Source: Macrostomum lignano
Taxonomy: Eukaryota
Direction of reading: 5' to 3'
Assembly (NCBI GenBank): GCA_002269645.1
Contig: NIVC01000665.1
Location: 310,001-374,000, forward strand
Length of the DNA stretch: 64,000 nucleotides
The position numbers were made by a program, and so were the translations under genes. Shown here piece by piece: positions 60,345 through 64,000 of the stretch (the stretch's first letter is position 1; every line of letters begins with the position of its first letter). A model generated the notes under the pieces. It saw only the letters and a list, made by a program, of their open reading frames with translations. It did not search any database and had not been told where the DNA came from.

Positions 60345-61214
60345 TTTAAGACTCCCTGATTCGCTGACATTCTTAGCTTATTGTCTTGGTTTCAATGCGC
60401 TTTTGCAGTCAATAAACGATTGTTTTTAAATAATGATGACAGCATTTTGTTTGATTGCCTTCATCTCTCTTTCTTAATTAAAATGTTCATGATACAGCCT
60501 TGTTTTTTATTATCATTTTGTGCTTTTAAGCTGTTTTTAGGGTCAGTGCGGTAGTGGCTCACCAAAGGGTTGTCAATGAGGTCATCTTGATAAGCAAACT
60601 GGATGTACTCCGTCCGGCTCCGTCCTAAACGCAGCTCCGTTCCTGCCGACATGGTCAGCTGGGCTGGCCATAGACTATAGCTAGAATCTTAATGCGCCTC
60701 TGTGCAAAGCCTTTCTAGCCGAGAAGGGAGCATTTTATACTACTCGGCTTGGACAGATCTAGCTAGGGTCGAAAAAAGCAGTTTCAAAGTGCATTTCACT
60801 TAATGCTCACTATCTAGATTATGCAGTGTGTACACTCGATATCTAGCAATAGACACTACAGTTCACTTTAAAATCTGCAAACAGGCCTTTTTGAAATAGA
60901 ACGCACTGCACTTCCTTAATACGAGTAGTGCATCATTTTATTGAAAAGTAAATCAGCTACAACCATGAAAATTTTGCATACATCGGATTATGAGACTGGC
61001 GATGTCATCACAGAGAATGCTGAAACCGAGTCGCTGCATTCCATTGCAGATAAGTATGACTTTTTTCACGCATTTTTCGTATGACCAGCGCTGCTGATCA
61101 TGCTCGGCAGGAGCGGCTACTGTGCAGCTCATAACTTTTCTTTTACCATAGACTCCAAAAAATTACCATCAGTAAAGGTTGTTGGTCCATGGTCAGCTCT
61201 GCTGACTATCCGGC

Positions 61215-62125
61215 AGCTTACCACGTAGCATCCCATGCAGCAGTCTTGCAATCAGAAGCCAGTCACAGTCCACCACATAGCATCCCATGCAGCAGTCTTG
61301 CAATCAGAAGCCAGTCACAGTCCACCACATAGCATCCCATGCAGCAGTCTTGCAATCAGAAGCCAGTCACAGTCCACCACATAGCATCCCATGCAGCAGT
61401 CTTGCAATCAGAAGTCAGTCACAGTCCACCACATAGCATCCCATGCAGCAGTCTTGCAATCAGAAGCCAGTCACAGTCCACCACGTAGCATCCCATGCAG
61501 CAGTCTTGCAATCAGAAGCCAGTCAGTCACAGTCCACCACGTAGCATCCCATGCAGCAGTCTTGCAATCAGAAGCCAGTCACAGTCCACCACGTAGCATC
61601 CCATGCAGCAGTCTTGCAATCAGAAGCCAGTCACAGTCCACCACATAGCATCCCATGCAGCAGTCTTGCAATCAGAAGACAGTCACAGTCCACCACATAG
61701 CATCCCACGCAGCAGTCTTGCAATCGGTAGCCAGCCAGTCACAGTCCACCACAGCATCCCATGCAGCAGTCTTGCAATCGGTAGCCAGCCAGTCACAGTC
61801 CACCACATAGCATCCCATGCAGCAGTCTTGCAATCGGTAGCCAGCCAGTCACAGTCCACCACATAGCATCCCATGCAGCAGTCTTGCAATCGGTAGCCAG
61901 CCAGTCACAGTCCACCACATAGCATCCCATGCAGCAGTCTTGCAATCGGTAGCCAGCCAGTCACAGTCCACCACAGCATCCCATGCAGCAGTCTTGCAAT
62001 CGGTAGCCAGCCAGTCACAGTCCACCACATAGCATCCCATGCAGCAGTCTTGCAATCGGTAGCCAGTCAGTCACAGTCCACCACATAGCATCCCATGCAG
62101 CAGTCTTGCAATCGGTAGCCAGTCA
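61215..62125. repeat. About 52-56-bp minisatellite immediately upstream of the FMO start
   Basis: agtcacagtccaccacatagcatcccatgcagcagtcttgcaatcagaagcc variants, about 17 copies. Confidence 0.95.
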
Positions 62126-62142
62126 AAGTCTGAAACTCAAAC

Positions 62143-64000
62143 ATGCAGCAGTCGCAACAGCAGCCCAAGTCGGTTGCCATCATTGGCGCCGGAGTCTCAG
62201 GCCTGGCGGCGGCAGCCAGTGCCTTGCGCGAGGGCCTGGCGCCAACCGTGTTCGACTCGGCGCCAGGCCTAGGCGGCATGTGGGACCCCGACCTGCGGCC
62301 TTGTTGGCAGTCGATGCGAGTCAACGTGTCCAAGTTCAGCACGGTGCTGTCTGATTATCCATGGCCGCGAGAGGCGCCACTGTTCCCTAGTCAGGTGATT
62401 GTATATATTTAATACGCCATGTATATCACGGCAGTTTAAGCAGGAGCCAAGGTGTGGTTTGAGCTTACGTCGTTGCCCAAAATGTTCCCCATTAGAGTCA
62501 AGTACAAAAAAGCGCTGTATTTTAACCAAACAGCGTACTTATTTAATAAAATGATTCACCAAATCAGTGTCTAAAAGTTCGGGGTCGGGTCGGGTTTTGG
62601 TACCGTGTTCGGGTTTGAAAAAATGTTCGGGTCGGGGTTTGGGGTTAACCGTCCCGAACACCCCTACTTTTGAGTTGGAACTAAAAAAGGTTTAGCATGG
62701 CTTTGTTTTAACCATTCTATCGCTACCTAGGCACACGTGTTTCTCCATCTCAATTCTAGAGACAATTATTTAAGTAGTTACGAGTATCGTGCTTCGATTG
62801 CGTTGTTTTGCAATCGGTTGTTTTATAACGCAATCCTGTTGGCAGTCGATGCTTGACTTACCAAGAACTCCGCTCCGAATTCCTTAGTTATTACACTTCT
62901 GACAGCAAAGTTTATGCACTTCGTATCATTACGCACTTCGCAGGCTTCGGTGCACGCGTACTTAAGAGAGTACGCCCGAACTCGAATCCCGGCCGACGTT
63001 ATGCGGTTTGGAGTTCGCGTCGTCCGGGTTGAGCGCAACCCGAACGGCTCCGGCTGGTTTTTGCAGACGACAGCCGCAGGCGATGCTTCTGCAACCACCC
63101 GCCTGTTCGATTTCGTCATCGTGGCGTCGGGCTTCTTTGCCGAGCCGTCGCTGCCGGCTGGCCTGGAGCAGCGGCTTCACCAAGCTGGGGATGGCCTCGT
63201 CAAGGGCGTCCTGCACAGCAGCCAGTACCGCGGCAACTTCCAGGTGGCCAATCGTCGAGTTGTAGTTGTTGGCAGCTCGCTGAGCGCGTCTGAGATCGCC
63301 GCGGACGCGGCTCTGACAGCTAGCGAGCTGGTGCACATCGCGCCGCACGGATTCTGGGCGTTGCCGCGCATCATCGTGGCTCAAGCCAGCGACAGCTGCC
63401 CCGCTGCACCAGATTTTGTGCCGCTTGATGTGGCGTTCTACCGGGCTGTTGAGAGGGAAACCATTGGCGAAGTCGTGAGTACAAAGCGATGAAAATTGAA
63501 AGTACAGTATACATGTAAGCATTAGACCAAGACAAACCTACTTACGAGCTACACTTGGTACTGAATATTAATAGTTACGGCATAAACTGTTGTTATTCAT
63601 CGTTATTAGCACGTAGTGCATCTTTTCGCGATCATTTTTCAACCTGTATAAGGGTTGGAAGTCTGAAAAGAAAACTATAGAGCTCCAGATCAGCCTGAGT
63701 ACAAGAATAAGTGTAGTATTCTGACTTAACCAAGCGTATAATGTACAATAGTTAGACAGCCAAACGTCCACGGGCGAATTTCGTAGACCCTTAAAGTCGC
63801 TTGCAAGTCACAAGGGCAAATGAAATTTTGCATCTTCAGAAAATCCGCACCCCGGGGAACTGGGCCAAGATGTCGGCTTACTTCGAGTCCGTCTGCGGTG
63901 GCCGGCGTCAGCTGTGCTGCGGGTCCGTCACTACCGACTCGCCCCAGTGGATCACCATCTCGGATCTGTACCACCAGCTGCTGGCCGCCGGCAAGATTCG
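62143..64000 (+). CDS. Flavin-containing monooxygenase (FMO-like), 5' part; runs off the window
   Basis: Exons 62143-62394, 62944-~63478 and 63840-64000+. FAD-binding VAIIGAGVSGL, GLGGMW, FDFVIVASGFF, fingerprint-like VKGVLHSSQY, NADPH-binding VVVVGSSLSASEIA, and ITISDLY...GKI. Confidence 0.88.

Overview
Eukaryotic (metazoan) genomic DNA with GT-AG introns, GC-rich exons and many minisatellites and SINEs. The style resembles a free-living flatworm such as Macrostomum, which is an inference only. The left half holds three DEG/ENaC (ASIC-superfamily) channel paralogs: gene A (+, 3' part only, 26-4091), gene B (+, 8123-18864, about 1020-1040 aa) and gene C (-, 31564-22726, about 1010 aa). The main discovery came from splicing small exons that the ORF track misses or splits. 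Genes B and C carry a cassette of about 400 aa in the extracellular finger region, made of two kringle domains. A complete WSC domain, on its own phase 1-1 exon, is inserted inside the first kringle. The architecture is TM1-[Kringle1-N(WSC)Kringle1-C]-Kringle2-palm/thumb-TM2, which I do not know from any characterised DEG/ENaC channel. An intron of gene B holds a 1501-bp P element (perfect TIRs, 8-bp TSD) with an intact spliced THAP + C-terminal-domain ORF but no catalytic core. The right half holds ECM29 (-, first exon not found), an AT-rich CpG-depleted block of about 10.7 kb of decayed and nested transposons, IMP4 (+, one apparent 1-bp frameshift) and the 5' part of a flavin-containing monooxygenase. 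All gene models are manual; no database searches were run.
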